Shown here: positions 13,741 through 26,569 of the stretch, in pieces
Layout: the number at the start of each line of letters is the position of its first letter
Numbering within the stretch: position 1 is the stretch's first letter
Assembly: GCF_002113885.1 (NCBI RefSeq)
Contig: NW_018408898.1
Location: 62,001-125,935 of the forward strand
Direction of reading: 5' to 3'
Source of the DNA: Mizuhopecten yessoensis
Taxonomy: Eukaryota
DNA: 63,935 nucleotides
Notes under the pieces: generated by a model
What the model saw: the letters and a program-made list of their open reading frames with translations, nothing else
What the model was told of the DNA's origin: nothing
Databases searched by the model: none
Position numbers and translations under genes: made by a program

Positions 13741-16267
13741 TATTTTGAAATATTAAAAAAACGGCATTCAAATTATATATATTTTAATACGCATTTATAT
13801 TTTTGATCATCTCATTTCCTTCCAGATTTGCTCCTGAAAACTTCACACAGTGCAAAGGGTGCTCTTTGGTATTTTTACTTGTATTATTGAAACAATGTTG
13901 AGTTTCCATAGAAACGGTTTCGAAATAAGTGTTTTTCTTTAGCAAATTCGCGTGTTTGTAGCCTTAAACAAAAACAGTTCAAGATGTTGTTCTTCAAAGT
14001 TCTTACATAACCCTATGACATTGTAGAGAGGAGCATTGTAGTTTTTTTAGCTATATTTGGTTACTACCTACACCAGAGATGTGTATGTTTAGTTCGTGTG
14101 TGTATATTACATTTCCAGAGCATCTGTTAGAGTTCGGAGATATTTTTTTTAAGAATGCACTTTTTTTTTTATTAAAGAACATTAAATGTATGCATTAAAG
14201 TTGTCGGCACTTTCAGACGTTTGAGTAAAATATGTATCTTAAAAAGTATGCAATTTATACCTACAAACAACATGTCCCAATTGCAGTTTGATGCCAACTG
14301 TATCGCTTACACAATAAAAGGGCTGATGTGATATGGATCATGCCATTACAGATATAAATAAATAGATGTGAACTTTATATCTCTCGTGTGACGCAATTTC
14401 AGCGCTGTCCATTACGTAGTAATTAGTAGAGTACAATAAGCTAAACATTACCAGCCACCGGCACATGTTTCACCATCACGTTGTAAAAGCTGTCTCAAAA
14501 TAAACCTGTCAGATTTTCATGTGTTTCAGTCACATATTTAACATTCTAGAGTGAAAGCGTTCGCATTTTAAATTTGTTTTATCACAAAGTTTATCTGTCC
14601 TTGTTGCCCTTACACTTAGTGATGTATGCCATTTTAAACTATTTTACTACAGCGAAATGAAATTATCTGGATGCATCGCCTGACAAGTTTTCCCCAGTAG
14701 TGACGTTAATCTCGTATACATTTAATTAATAGTTGACACTTAGAGAAACACGTCCATTACAAGAATGGATGACAAACGTAATAATTTGCTGATCCCACGT
14801 TGTTAAACTATTTTACTTCTGTAAACTACCCGATAGCACGCCCATATACTGTAAGTGCAAAATAAACACTGCCTTCGAACAATTAACATTTTGCGGACTG
14901 GTCATATTCAGAACTTAGTGATAAAAGGTAGCTGTCATCATTAACATCAGTAACGTACATTTATATACTTTGAAAGTACATTACCAGTCTCGTAAAGCTG
15001 GGGAAAAACGTGTTGATAGACCCCGGAAGTGAGTGCTTACAGGCCTGCGAATACACCCTTATAGACGAGGGAACCCCCATGCCTAAATATTATTGATGTG
15101 TATGGTATAATTTAAAAGTACGTTCCTAATCTTATAAGCAGAGCAACACACGTGTTTATAGACCAGTCTTGTGGAAACATGCCTGGACAAGCACGTGCGT
15201 ATAGGCCATATAGGCCAGGGATCACAGGCCAGTGACAGCACCTACTTCAATCACACTATCAAATATTTGGATGTAGTGCTAAGATGCACTGTTGATAACT
15301 TACCAATGTATTGAAAACAGTGAAAATATCACCCCCTAAAACGGCTAAAACGGCTATTAGCGCGTGAATGTCCTTACTGGAAGGGCGTTTATAGTCAATG
15401 CTTGTGTCTAATCCATTTGTACACATGTTGGTACAATAAAATTGATTTGAAATTAAGTGAATGTCCCTTTATATGTAACGGAGTATAGATTCGCTTAACC
15501 ACAACACGAAAACAACATTTTAATGAAAAACGCACTAGAAATGTTCGCAGCATTGAATTAATTGAAGTTGCTGTAGCATGCACCAGTTGATCAACTGTCG
15601 TAGACGTTTCTTCTTCGTTTATTGTGCCATTCAAATTCAACTCGACTACAAATTTAAATATGCATATAGTGTAACCTTGTTACACCCGACATTTCCGCTT
15701 CCGGAATAATGTATTTTCTCGGTAACTGAAACAATAATTGTCGTGATTCGACTGTAATCGGATAACGGAAAAACATTGTAATGAATTTATAAACATTGCA
15801 ATAACGAAAACAAATTGTATCATTGAAAGGTCATAGGTAGTCATGGCTGACATTCATACCTCCAGTCCGATGCTATCGTGTGACCTTTCAGACTCTCAGG
15901 AGGGTGTCAGGACTATCATGATATCAAATTAATAGTTTAGATATCACCATGGTGAGAATATTGTGACCGCATATATAAAATGTGTGAAATGTACCAAACA
16001 AAAAAATGAAGTGTTCCCATTTATCTTCTATGGATAAACCATGCATTGCAAACCGGCAAAATTTCATGTTATCAGACCTATTTTACGATTTAGTTTTCAC
16101 ACTGGTCTATGTCTATCGCTGGCGTACCCTACTCTACCCCATTATCTCATCCTACCCTCGGTTCATTTTTCTTCTCCCTTATTCTTAACCCTCATGCTAC
16201 CCCTCTCCTACTCTTACGACCCTGCAAGTTTGGTGAGAAAATAGGCTGCTGTACCCCCCTACATTTA

Positions 16268-19200
16268 AACGACTATTGTAGGGCCCCTTAGACGACTATT
16301 GTAGGGCGCCTTCGACGACTATTGTAGGGCCCCTTAGATGACTATTGTAGGGCCCCTTAGACGTCTATTGTAGGGCCCCTAAGACGACTATTGTAGGGCC
16401 CCTTTGACGACTATTGTAGGCCCCTTAGGGCCCCTTAGACGACTATTGTCGGGCCCCTTAGACGACTATTGTAGGGCACCTTAGACGACTATTGTAGGGC
16501 CACTTTAACGACGATGGTGGGGCCCCTTAGACGGCTATTGTAGGCCCCTTAGACGACTATTGAAGGGCCCCTTAGACGACTATTGTAGGTCCCCTTTAAC
16601 GACGATTGTGGGGCCCCTTAGACGGCTATTGTAGGGCCACTTTAACGACGATTGTGGGGCCCCTTAGGCGGCTATTGTAGGGCCCCTTAGGCGACTATTG
16701 TAGGGCCCCTTAGAAGACTATTGTAGGCCCCTTAGGCGACTATTGTTGGGCCCATTAGACGACTATTGTAGGCCCCTTAGTCGTCTATTGTAGGGCCCCT
16801 TAGACGATTATTGTAGGGCGCCTTAGACGACTGATGTAGGGCCCCTTAGACGACTATAGATAGGACACTTTAACGACGATTGTGGGGCACCTTAGACGGC
16901 TATTGTAGGTCCCCTTAGACGACTATTGTAGGGTGCCTTAGACGACTATTGTAGGGCCACTTTAACTACGATTGTGGGGCCCCTTAGACGCCTATTGTAG
17001 GGCCCCTTAGACGAATATTGTAGGGCGCCTTAGACGACTGATGTAGGGCCCCTTAGACGACTATTGTAGGGGCCCCTAGACGACTATTGTAGGCCCACTA
17101 TTGTAGGGCCCCTTAGACGCCTATTGTAGGCCCCTTAGACGACTATGGTAGGGCCCCCTAGACGACTATTGTAGGCCCCATTGACGACTATTGTAGGGCC
17201 CCTTAGAAGACTATTGTAGGCCCCTTAGGCGACTATTGAAGGGCCCATTAGACGACTATTGTAGGCCCCTTAGTCGTCTATTGTAGGGCCCCTTAGACGA
17301 CTCTTGTAGGGCCCCTTAGACGACTATAGATAGGACACTTTAACGACGATTGTGGGGCACCTTAGACGGCTATTGTAGGTCCCCTTAGACGACTATTGTA
17401 GGGGCCCCTAGACGACTATTGTAGGCCCCCTAGACGACTATTGTAGGCCCACTATTGTAGGGCCCCTTAGACGCCTATTGTAGGGCCCCTTAGATGACTA
17501 TTGTAGGGCGCCTTAGACAACTATTGTAGGGCCCTTTAGCCGACTATTGTAGGCCCCATAGACGACTATTGTAGGGCCTCTTAGACGACTATTGCCTTAG
17601 ATGACTATTGTAGGCCCCTTAGACGACTATTGTCGGGCCCCTTAGACGACTATTGTAGGCCCCCTTAGACGATTATTGTAGGGCGCCTTAGACGACTTTT
17701 GTAGGGCGCCTTAGACGACTATTGGAGGGCGCCTTAGCCGACTATTGTAGGGCCCCTTAGAAGACTATTGTAGGCCCCTTAGACGACTATGGTAGGGCCC
17801 CCTAGACGACTATTGTAGGGCCCCTAAGACGACTATTGTAGGGCCCCTTAGAAGACTATTGTAGGCCCCTTAGACGACTATTGTAGGGCCCCTTAGACGA
17901 CTATTGTAGGGCCACTTTAACGACGATTGTGGGGCCCCTTAGACGGCTATTGTAGGGCCCCTTAGAAGACTATTGTAGGCCCCTTAGGCGACTATTGTAG
18001 GGCCCATTAGACGACTATTGTAGGCCCCATAGACGACTATTGTAGGGCCCCTTAGACGACTATTGTAGGCCCCATTGACGACTATTGTAGGGCCCCTTAG
18101 ACGACTATTGTAGGGCCCCTAAGACGACTATTGTAGGGCCCCTTAGACGATTATTGTAGGGCGCCTTAGACGACTTATGTAGGGCCCCTTAGACGACTAT
18201 TGTAGGGCGCCTTAGACGACTATTGTAGGGCCCCTTAGACGACTATTGTAGGGCCCCTCAGACGACTATTGTAGGGCCCCTTAGAAGACTATTGTAGGCC
18301 CCTTAGACGACTATGGTAGGGCCCCCTAGACGACTATTGTAGGCCCCATAGACGACTATTGTAGGGCCCCTTAGACGACTAATGTAGGGCCCCTAAGACG
18401 ACTATTGTAGGGCCCCTTAGAGGACTATGGTAGGCCCCTTAGACGACTATTGTAGGGCCCCTTAGAGGACTATGGTAGGCCCCTTAGACGACTATTGTAG
18501 GGCCCCTCAGCCGACTATTGTAGGGCCCCTTAGAAGACTATTGTAGGCCCCTTAGACGACTATTGGAGGGCCCCTTAGACGACTATTGTAGGGCCCCTTA
18601 GATGACTATTGTAGGCCCCTTAGACGACTATTGTAGGGCCCCTCAGACGACTAATGTAGGGCCCCTAAGACGACTATTGTAGGGCCTCTTAGACGACTAT
18701 TGTAGGCCCCTTAGACGACTATTGTAGGGCCCCTTAGACGATTATTGTAGGGCCCCTTAGACGACTATTGTAGGGCCCCTTAGACGACTATTGTAGGGCC
18801 CCTTAGACGACTATTATAGGCCCCTTAGACGACTATTGTAGGCCCCTTAGACGACTATTGTAGGCCTCTTAGACGACTATTGTAGGCCTCTTAGAAGACT
18901 ATTGTAGGCCCCTTAGACGACTATTGTAGGGCCCCTTAGACGGCTATAGTGTAGGCCCCATAGACGACTATTGTAGGGCCTCTTAGACGACTATTGTAGG
19001 GCCCCTAAGACGACTATTGTAGGGCCCCTCAGACGATTATTGTAGGGCCCTTAGATGACTATTGTAGGGCCCCTTAGACGACTATTGTAGGCCTCTTAGA
19101 CGACTATTGTAGGCCCCTTAGACGACTATTGTAGCACTTTGATGACCAAAGATGTAGGGCCCCTTAGAGGACTATTGTAGGCCCCTTAGACGACTAGTGT

Positions 19201-19352
19201 AGGGCCCCTTAGACGACTATTGTAGGCCCCATAGACGACTATTGTAGGACCCCTTAGACGACTATTGTAGGGCCCCTCAGACGATTATTGTAGGGCCCTT
19301 AGATGACTATTGTAGGGCCCCTTAGACGACTATTGTAGGGCCCCTTAGACGA
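16268..19352. repeat. Tandem array, 22-23-bp unit (gacgactattgtagggcccctta), about 135 copies
   Basis: Direct inspection. Length variation falls mainly in the G/C runs. Confidence 0.98.
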
Positions 19353-19529
19353 AGCAGGGGTTTTCTTTTATGACTTAATGGACATTGAATAAACCACAAT
19401 TTATAGGCTGTCGCCATTGCAGGGTTTGGGATCTTTGTACTATCATTACTTCGTGAAAACCTGGTAGTTTCACAGTGCTTTGCTCAAATTTGCCTTAGTA
19501 TTGAACGTTTACCCAAGTGGGGTAGCGAT

Positions 19530-19700
19530 CGGTTCTGTCTGGGACATACCAAAGTCCTTAAAAAATGGTAATTGTTAGTCCCTCCTTGACTGGATTACCC
19601 GTTGTCAGTATAATGTAGCCGTGTGGATTATTGTGCTGGATGACATCGGCATGGTATTTCAGTGAGGTAGCACTCTAAAATAGGCATTAAATCCACGGTA
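19530..19700 (+). mobile_element. Meta-type SINE fragment
   Basis: gacataccaaagtc..aaaaatggta ... cccgttgtcagtataatgt ... tcagtgaggtagcact is the reverse complement of motifs in the element at 34757-35555. Confidence 0.6.
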
Positions 19701-20501
19701 TCGAAATGAGGCAAATACATCAACAAATCCTGCCTCCTACTCCTCTATTGCTACTCACTGCCTTTTATCCTAATTCCATTCATACTCCTCTCCTTATATA
19801 CTTCTCACTCCCTTATCCTAATTCCCTTCAAACTCCCCTCCCCTGATCCTTTTCCTTTCCCTCATCTGCCACAACCTCGCCATAACTCCTCCTACCCATT
19901 TCTTCATCTTCTTCTAGCCCCTCCCCTTACACTAATCCCCCACAAGTCTCCCACAATTCCGATCCCGGTTATTTTCATAAATCACGCCTACTCACAATAT
20001 CGTGATATCCCCGTCATGCAAATCGCTTCCTGCTATTTCGTTGTGTACTATCGTTGTTTATGTATGTTATTCAAATCCTAAATTAAATATTGATTAACAA
20101 TTGAGAATCAGCAATATATTAAATCAACTATACAAAATTAATGTAAAGAGAATTCCCAACGGTGACATTTTCAAACTTAAAGTTTATCTTTCCTTGAATT
20201 TGCTAGAATCTCTTGCCAAATGCCTTTCGATTTCGTGTATGTTACTGATTAGTCAGCGAGATGCTAAAGCTTCCAATAATTAAAATACGTAAAATCGCTG
20301 AAGCACCTTAAAAACACCCGAAAATTAGCGATGTGCATGCAAAATATACAGATTAGATATATACTTGTATGTGTTTGTGCTACCAAAGATGGAATATCAG
20401 TCCCCTGCCAGAACTACATGTATAAGAGGGGACTTAGGTTTGCATGGGGCGCGCATCGTCAGACTGGGATACATACGATGGCCGACAAGACCCTGACAAA
20501 A

Positions 20502-20620
20502 AGATATGAATTTTCATATCTTTTTGTACCACGGTACACTTTGATATGGTACACAAAAATATGAAAATTCAAATCTTTGTGTACCATGTAAAAGTGTACA
20601 ATGGTACACAAAGATATGAA
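20502..20620. repeat. Foldback/MITE-like inverted repeat with internally palindromic arms
   Basis: ttcatatctttttgtaccacggtacactttgatatggtacacaaa is the near reverse complement of tttgtgtaccatgtaaaagtgtacaatggtacacaaagatatgaa. Confidence 0.75.
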
Positions 20621-20656
20621 AGCAGAAATAAAATCAACCCGTTGCTTTTGTATATT

Positions 20657-20858
20657 TCTACTTTGGACTAGTAAATACCCTACTTACTCTGGACTAGAAA
20701 ATACCCTTAATAATCTCTGGACTAGTAAATACCCTACTTACTCTGGACTAGTAAATACCCTACTTACTCTGGACTAGTAGATACCCTACTTACTCTGGAC
20801 TAGTAAATACCCTACTTACTTTGGACTAGTAAATACCCTACTTACTCTAGACTAGTAA
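20657..20858. repeat. Tandem array, 26-bp unit (ctacttactctggactagtaaatacc), about 8 copies
   Basis: Period 26 (20720 then 20746). Confidence 0.93.
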
Positions 20859-20916
20859 CTGGACAGTGATTTTAAAAACTGTCAATTTTGTATCGTAATT
20901 TAATAAAACAAAGAAT

Positions 20917-22898
20917 GCTCGGTGTAAGGACTGAAAGTTCGGTGTAAAGTCTGAAAGATCGGTGTAAGAACTAAAAGCTCGGTGTAAGGACTAAAAGCTC
21001 GGTGTAAGGTATGAAAGCTCGGTTTTAGGACAAAAAGCTCGGTATAAGGACAGAAAGCTCAGTGTAAGGACTGAAAGCTCGGCGTAAGGACAGAAAGTTC
21101 GGTGTTAGGACAGAAAGTACGGTGTAAAGACTGAAAGCTCGGTGTAAGGACTATATGATCGGTGTAAGGACTAAAAGCTCGGTGTAAAGGAATGAAAGCT
21201 GGATGTAAGGTATGAAAGCTCGGTGTAAGGACTGAAAGCTCGGTGTACGGACAGAAAGTTCGGTGTTAGGACTGGAAGCTCGGTGTAAGGACTGAAAGTT
21301 CGGTGTAAGGACAGAAAGCTCGGTGTAAAGACTGAAAGCTCGGTGTAAGGACTAAAAGCTCGGTTTAAGGTATGAAAGCTCGGTGTAGGGACTGAAAGCT
21401 CGGTGTAAGGTATGAAAGCTCGGTGTAAGGACTGAAAGCTCAGTATAAGGACTGAAAGCTCGGTGTAAGGACTGAAAGCTCGGTGCAAGGTCTGAAAGCT
21501 CAGTGTAAGGACAGAAAGTTCGGTGTAAGGACTGAAAGCTCGGTGTAAGGACAGAAAGCTCGGTGTAAAGACTGAAAGCTCGGTGTAAGGACTAAAAGCT
21601 CGGTTTAAGGTATGAAAGCTCGGTGTAAGGACTGAAAGCTCGGTGTAAGGTATGAAAGCTCGGTGTAAGGACTGAAAGCTCAGTATAAGGACTGAAAGCT
21701 CGGTGTAAGGACTGAAACCTCGGTTTTAGGTCTGAAAGCTCAGTGTTAGGACAGAAAGCTCGGTTTAAGGTCTGAAAGCTTAGTGTAAGATCTGAAAGCT
21801 CGGTGTAAAGTCTGAAAGCTTGGTGTAAGGCATGAAAGCTCAGTGTAATGTATGAAAGCTCGGTGTTAGGACTGAAAGCTCGGTGTAAGGTTTTAAAGCT
21901 CGGTGTAAGGACAGAAAATTCGATGTAAGGACTGAAAGCTCGGTGTTAGGACAGAAAGCTCGGTGTTAGGACTGAAAGTTCGTTGTAAGGACAGAAAGCT
22001 CAGTGTAAAGACTGAAAGCTCCGTGTTACGACTGAAAGCTCGGTGTAAGGACAGAAATATCGTTGTAAGGACTGAAAGCTCGGTGTAAAGACTGAAAGCT
22101 CGGTGCAAGGACTGAAAGCTCGATGTAAGGACTGAAAGCTCGGTGTAAGGACAGAAAGCTCGGTGTAAGGACAGAAAGATCGGTGTAAGGACTGAACCCT
22201 CGGTGTAAGGTCTCAAAGCTCGGTGTAAGGACTGAAAGCTCTGTGTAAGGACTGAAAGCTCGGTGTTAGGACTGAAAGCTCGTTGTAATGTCTGAAAGCT
22301 CGGTGTAAGGACTGAAAGCACAGTGTAAGGACTGAAAGCTCGGTGTTAGGACTGAAAGCTCGGTGTAAGGACTGAAAGCACGGTGTAAGGACTGAAAGCA
22401 CAGTGTAAGGCCTGAAAGCTCGGTGTAAGGTCTGAAAGCTCGGTGTAAGGACAGAAAGATCGGTATAAGGACAGAAAGATCGGTGTAAGGACAGAAAGAT
22501 CGGTGTAAGGTCTCAAAGCTCGGTGTAAGGACTGAAAGCTCGGTGTAAGGACTGAAAGCTCGGTGTTAGGACTGAAAGCTCGGTGTAATGTCTGTACGCT
22601 CGGCGTAAGGACTGAAAGCACAGTGTAAGGACTGAAAGCTCGGTGTAAGATCTGAAAGCTCGGTGTAAGGACAGAAAGCTCGGTGTAAGGACTGAAAGCT
22701 CGGTGTAAGGTCTGAAAGCTCGGTGTAAGGACTGAAAACTCGGTGTAAGGACTGAAAGCTCGGTGTAATGTCTGAAAGCTCGGTGTTATGTCTGAAAGCT
22801 CGGTGTAAGGACTGAAAACACATTGTAAGGACTGAAAGCTCGGTGTTAGGTTTGAAAATTTGATGTAAGGTCTGAAAGCTTGGTGTAAGGTCTGAAAG
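20917..22898. repeat. Tandem array, 20-bp unit (cggtgtaaggactgaaagct), about 99 copies
   Basis: Direct inspection. The minus-strand ORFs here are repeat by-products. Confidence 0.98.
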
Positions 22899-23151
22899 TG
22901 GAATTTCCCAAAATTGTTGAGTTATGTGCCCGCACTACATGGCCGTAGTATAGTGAACGCAATTCGTTTTCAGAATGGACGTTAATTGTTCCATCCAATT
23001 CATTCCGCAGGAATAAAGGCAATATCTAGGCCCAACGATATTGGACCAAATTGTTAGTAATAACACCGAAAATTGGGTTTTATATAGTTATGGGACTTCG
23101 GAAAGGTGTTCCGATCATCCTCTTTTTCGGATAGAGGCAAAATATCACTTT

Positions 23152-23407
23152 AAGTATCTAAACAATTTCTTCATGTTGGTTGGTATGGATTATGAAAAGA
23201 TTCAGGTAACACAACCAATAAGTGTTTCTATGTGACGTTTTGATGACTAGTACGATCTGTACACTGTCACCTTCATCAGACAAATGACCAGTGAAGCGTA
23301 TGCACACAAAGGTGTAAAATGTGTACCAGTTGTCCACACAATCGATGTAGATTCGGCTACGCTGTAAGCGTATGTACAAAAGTTGTAATATATGTACCGA
23401 AATGACT
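23152..23407 (-). mobile_element. Penelope-like pLTR fragment with mutated minimal hammerhead
   Basis: Homologous to 59471-59884. The minus strand reads tgt-CTGATGA-a-ggtgac..gtcatc-AAAAC-GTC-aca, with the G of GAAAC mutated. Confidence 0.65.
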
Positions 23408-24859
23408 AAATTCAGCTACGCTTTATTTATTACTTGGTCATAGATGTGCGAGAGTCTATGAGTCCACTCATCACTTTATGTGAATCACTTGTGCACTTAT
23501 AACCAATCACAGTCCTTGGTTATGCTTTGAAATAAAATTTGAAATTAAAACTTTGTAGCTGATTACATATTCAGACTTTTTACCTCCGTGGATTAATCCA
23601 TTACATAATAAATAGAATTGTAATACGATCAAAGATAGTATTCTAAACAGTGAATTCCATTAATCACAATGTCTGAATATTGCTCAACCATAATGCAATT
23701 ACAAGGCTTTGTTATACGGAAGTAAAGTCCCCCGAGACACTTCCGCGACTATGTGACAGATAATGCTAACCAAAGCTTGAAATATTAGGAAGTTTAAATT
23801 CAAATTAGAATAATCGGACGCGAAAAGCATTGTTCCTGGTCGAAAGTAAATTAACCCAACGTCCTAGAAATGTTTAACGTGCTCATCAATCTAATTAGGG
23901 TTTCTTTGTTTAACAACCTAACCGTGATGAGAATGACACCGAACAGTTTCAAACAAGTCCGTATAGCCGTGTTTATTGTATTCATTATTGACAATCAACA
24001 ATGTCTGTTTCAATTTGCTACAAAAACGGCTCAAGTCAAAAGACTTGGGGAGAGGATACAAGGGTCTCGTGAGGCTTATTAGTCTGTATTTAGAAACATC
24101 AATAGGACAGTCACAACTATAACCTTAATGCGCATGTTCCCATCTGTCTCGGATAATGTAAATATTGCATCTTTATGATAACGGATGGTGCCACATGTAA
24201 CCAAACAATTGCTGATACAGTCACGTGTTTTTGGAAGCCATTACTCAGATAGAATTGTATTGTTTCTTGTTCGGAGCTTTATGTAGATATGAAAACGAAA
24301 AACGAGCAGCTGAGCCCCCTCCACATGCTGCTTATAGAGAGCCCAATCGAACCACCTCCGTCATTTCCGTGCAACAGAAAGGGCGAAGGGATCTGATTGG
24401 CGGGAGCCATTACAGATAAGGGAAATAACTCCGTTGCCACTTTATTATTTTCGATGTACAACTTTCAATACACTTTTTCTTGATTCTCTGTATTTGATTT
24501 ATGGAATTCAGACTAAGACAAGTTTAAATGTATACCATATAAATCGTAATAAAATAGGACACCTAAATTAAAAAAAGAAGTTTTTTGTTATGATGTTCAC
24601 CATATATATCGTACATTCACACAAGACTCGGATTCACTATTTCCACGTCTCAATGAAATTGCAACTTACATGATGGGTTTAAAAAAATCATTGTTGGTGT
24701 TGTTGAATCAGCCTGTAAAAACATTGTAACTGTTAACTTGTATGCTACATTCAGGCGAAATAAAAGTCACAAAAAATAATGCGTCAACAAACTTTTAAAT
24801 AGATCTTGTTTTGAATAAACTCATATGTTCACATAGATGTCAAAAAGATGTTTTTCAAA

Positions 24860-25360
24860 CTGGATCGTAAACATCGGACCGTCAGAAGGAAAGCCGTGTT
24901 GACCTCACTAGTGTCTGGATCGTAAACATCAGACTGTCAGACGGAGAGCCATGTTGTCCTCACTAGTGTCTGGATGATAAACAACAGACTGTCAGACGGA
25001 GAGCCATGTTGTCCACACTAGTGTCTAATGATAAACATCAGATTGTCAGACGGAGAGCCATGTTGTCCTCACTAGTGTCTGAATGATAAACAACAGATTG
25101 TCAGACGGAGAGCCATGTTGTCCTCACTAGTGTCTGACTGATAAACATCAGACTGTCAGACGGAGAGCCATGTTGTCCTCACTAGTGTTTGGATCGTAAA
25201 CACCAGACCGCCAGACGGAGAGCCATGTTGTCCTCACTAGTGTCACGATCGTAAACTCTCGACTGTCAGACGAAGAACCACGTTGTCCTCACAAGTGTCT
25301 GGATCGTGGATCGTAAACGCCAGACCGTCAGACGTAGAGCCATCTTGTTCTAACTAGTGT
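24860..25360. repeat. Tandem array, 55-bp unit (ctggatcgtaaacatcagactgtcagacggagagccatgttgtcctcactagtgt), about 9 copies
   Basis: Period 55 (24915 then 24970). Confidence 0.95.
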
Positions 25361-26287
25361 TAATTTAATTGGCAAACTACACGTGTATGCTTCAACACTT
25401 TATTTCACGTTCTGATTGATTCGTTGGGGCCTTTTGAAACGACTAGCTTCTGTTTTTAACCCCCTCCTTAGGTTAGGCCATGTGGTAATTACGAACGGGT
25501 TAGGAAGGTGAACCAGAGGAGGAAAATTAGAGGGTAGCGGAGGGGCTCAAGTGTGGGAAATTGGATACAGGGAGATCGGGAGGGGGATATCCGTTACATT
25601 AACAGAGAACGAACAATCGGCTGTGAAGTTTTACTTTCATATATATAATTCGATACAAGAAAATTTCCGTTTGGAGTTAATGGAGTGTAACCTTGAAATG
25701 TCTGGCACATTATTATTAAAACTAATTTTATCTTTAGAAACCATAGCTGTTTTAGCCCGGGGACCAATTATGTATACTACACAAAGCTTATACAATCTGG
25801 ATTATGTTTTTGTATTGCATACACGTCGAAATATCAAGCAACTTGTTCAAAAACACAATTATTAGCAAAATTTAAATAATTTGTTTTCAGGAATATAATC
25901 AGCCTAGTTAATCGGTCATTATCAGTATATTTTATCTCATTTTGACGGCGTCAGAGATATTGTTTCCTTTTGATAATATGGACGGTACATAATTATACGT
26001 TTTGGACCCTGTTGGAATCCAAAATGTGTTAGTCTAGCATACAGAGCGCATATAGGCAAAGCTGATAAACATGACGCACTCTTTATTTAATCCTCGACTC
26101 GTAGATTACTTTTAGTCTACTTATGATTAAGGTTCAAAAAGAACATAGAAAAGGAAGGAAAAAGATTATAAATAAAAAAAAGTACAAGGTCACTGTCTTA
26201 TCAAAATCTTTATCCAAATGCATATGTATAACGGAACACCAGATGTTCAGCTACGTTTTGAAGTACATGTGTAGCTTAGTATCTATG

Positions 26288-26510
26288 GTTGGTCGGGTGG
26301 CGCAGTGGATACTGCAAGCGGCTTTCACAAAGGCGGCCGGGGTTCGATTCCCCAATCAGTTTGTAAAGGTATGAGGTCACCTGCCCGACCAAGTGGGTTT
26401 TCTCCGGATACTCCGGTTCCTCCGAAATTAAGATCCCTCGTGCGCTGATGTCCGGGCCAACAAGAGTGTTGAAATAACTTGTTTCATAATTGTAAAACAA
26501 ATAAAAGTTG
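26288..26510 (+). mobile_element. tRNA-derived V-domain SINE
   Basis: A box tggcgcagtgg, B box ggttcgattcc, V-domain gtgggttttctccggatactccggtt, 3' tail gaaataacttgtttcataattgtaaaacaaataaa shared with 5408-5648. Confidence 0.85.
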
Positions 26511-26569
26511 TATATGGTAACTTAGGATCTGATTGAATTGCTCGGGAACATCGATGATCTGTAAAATAA

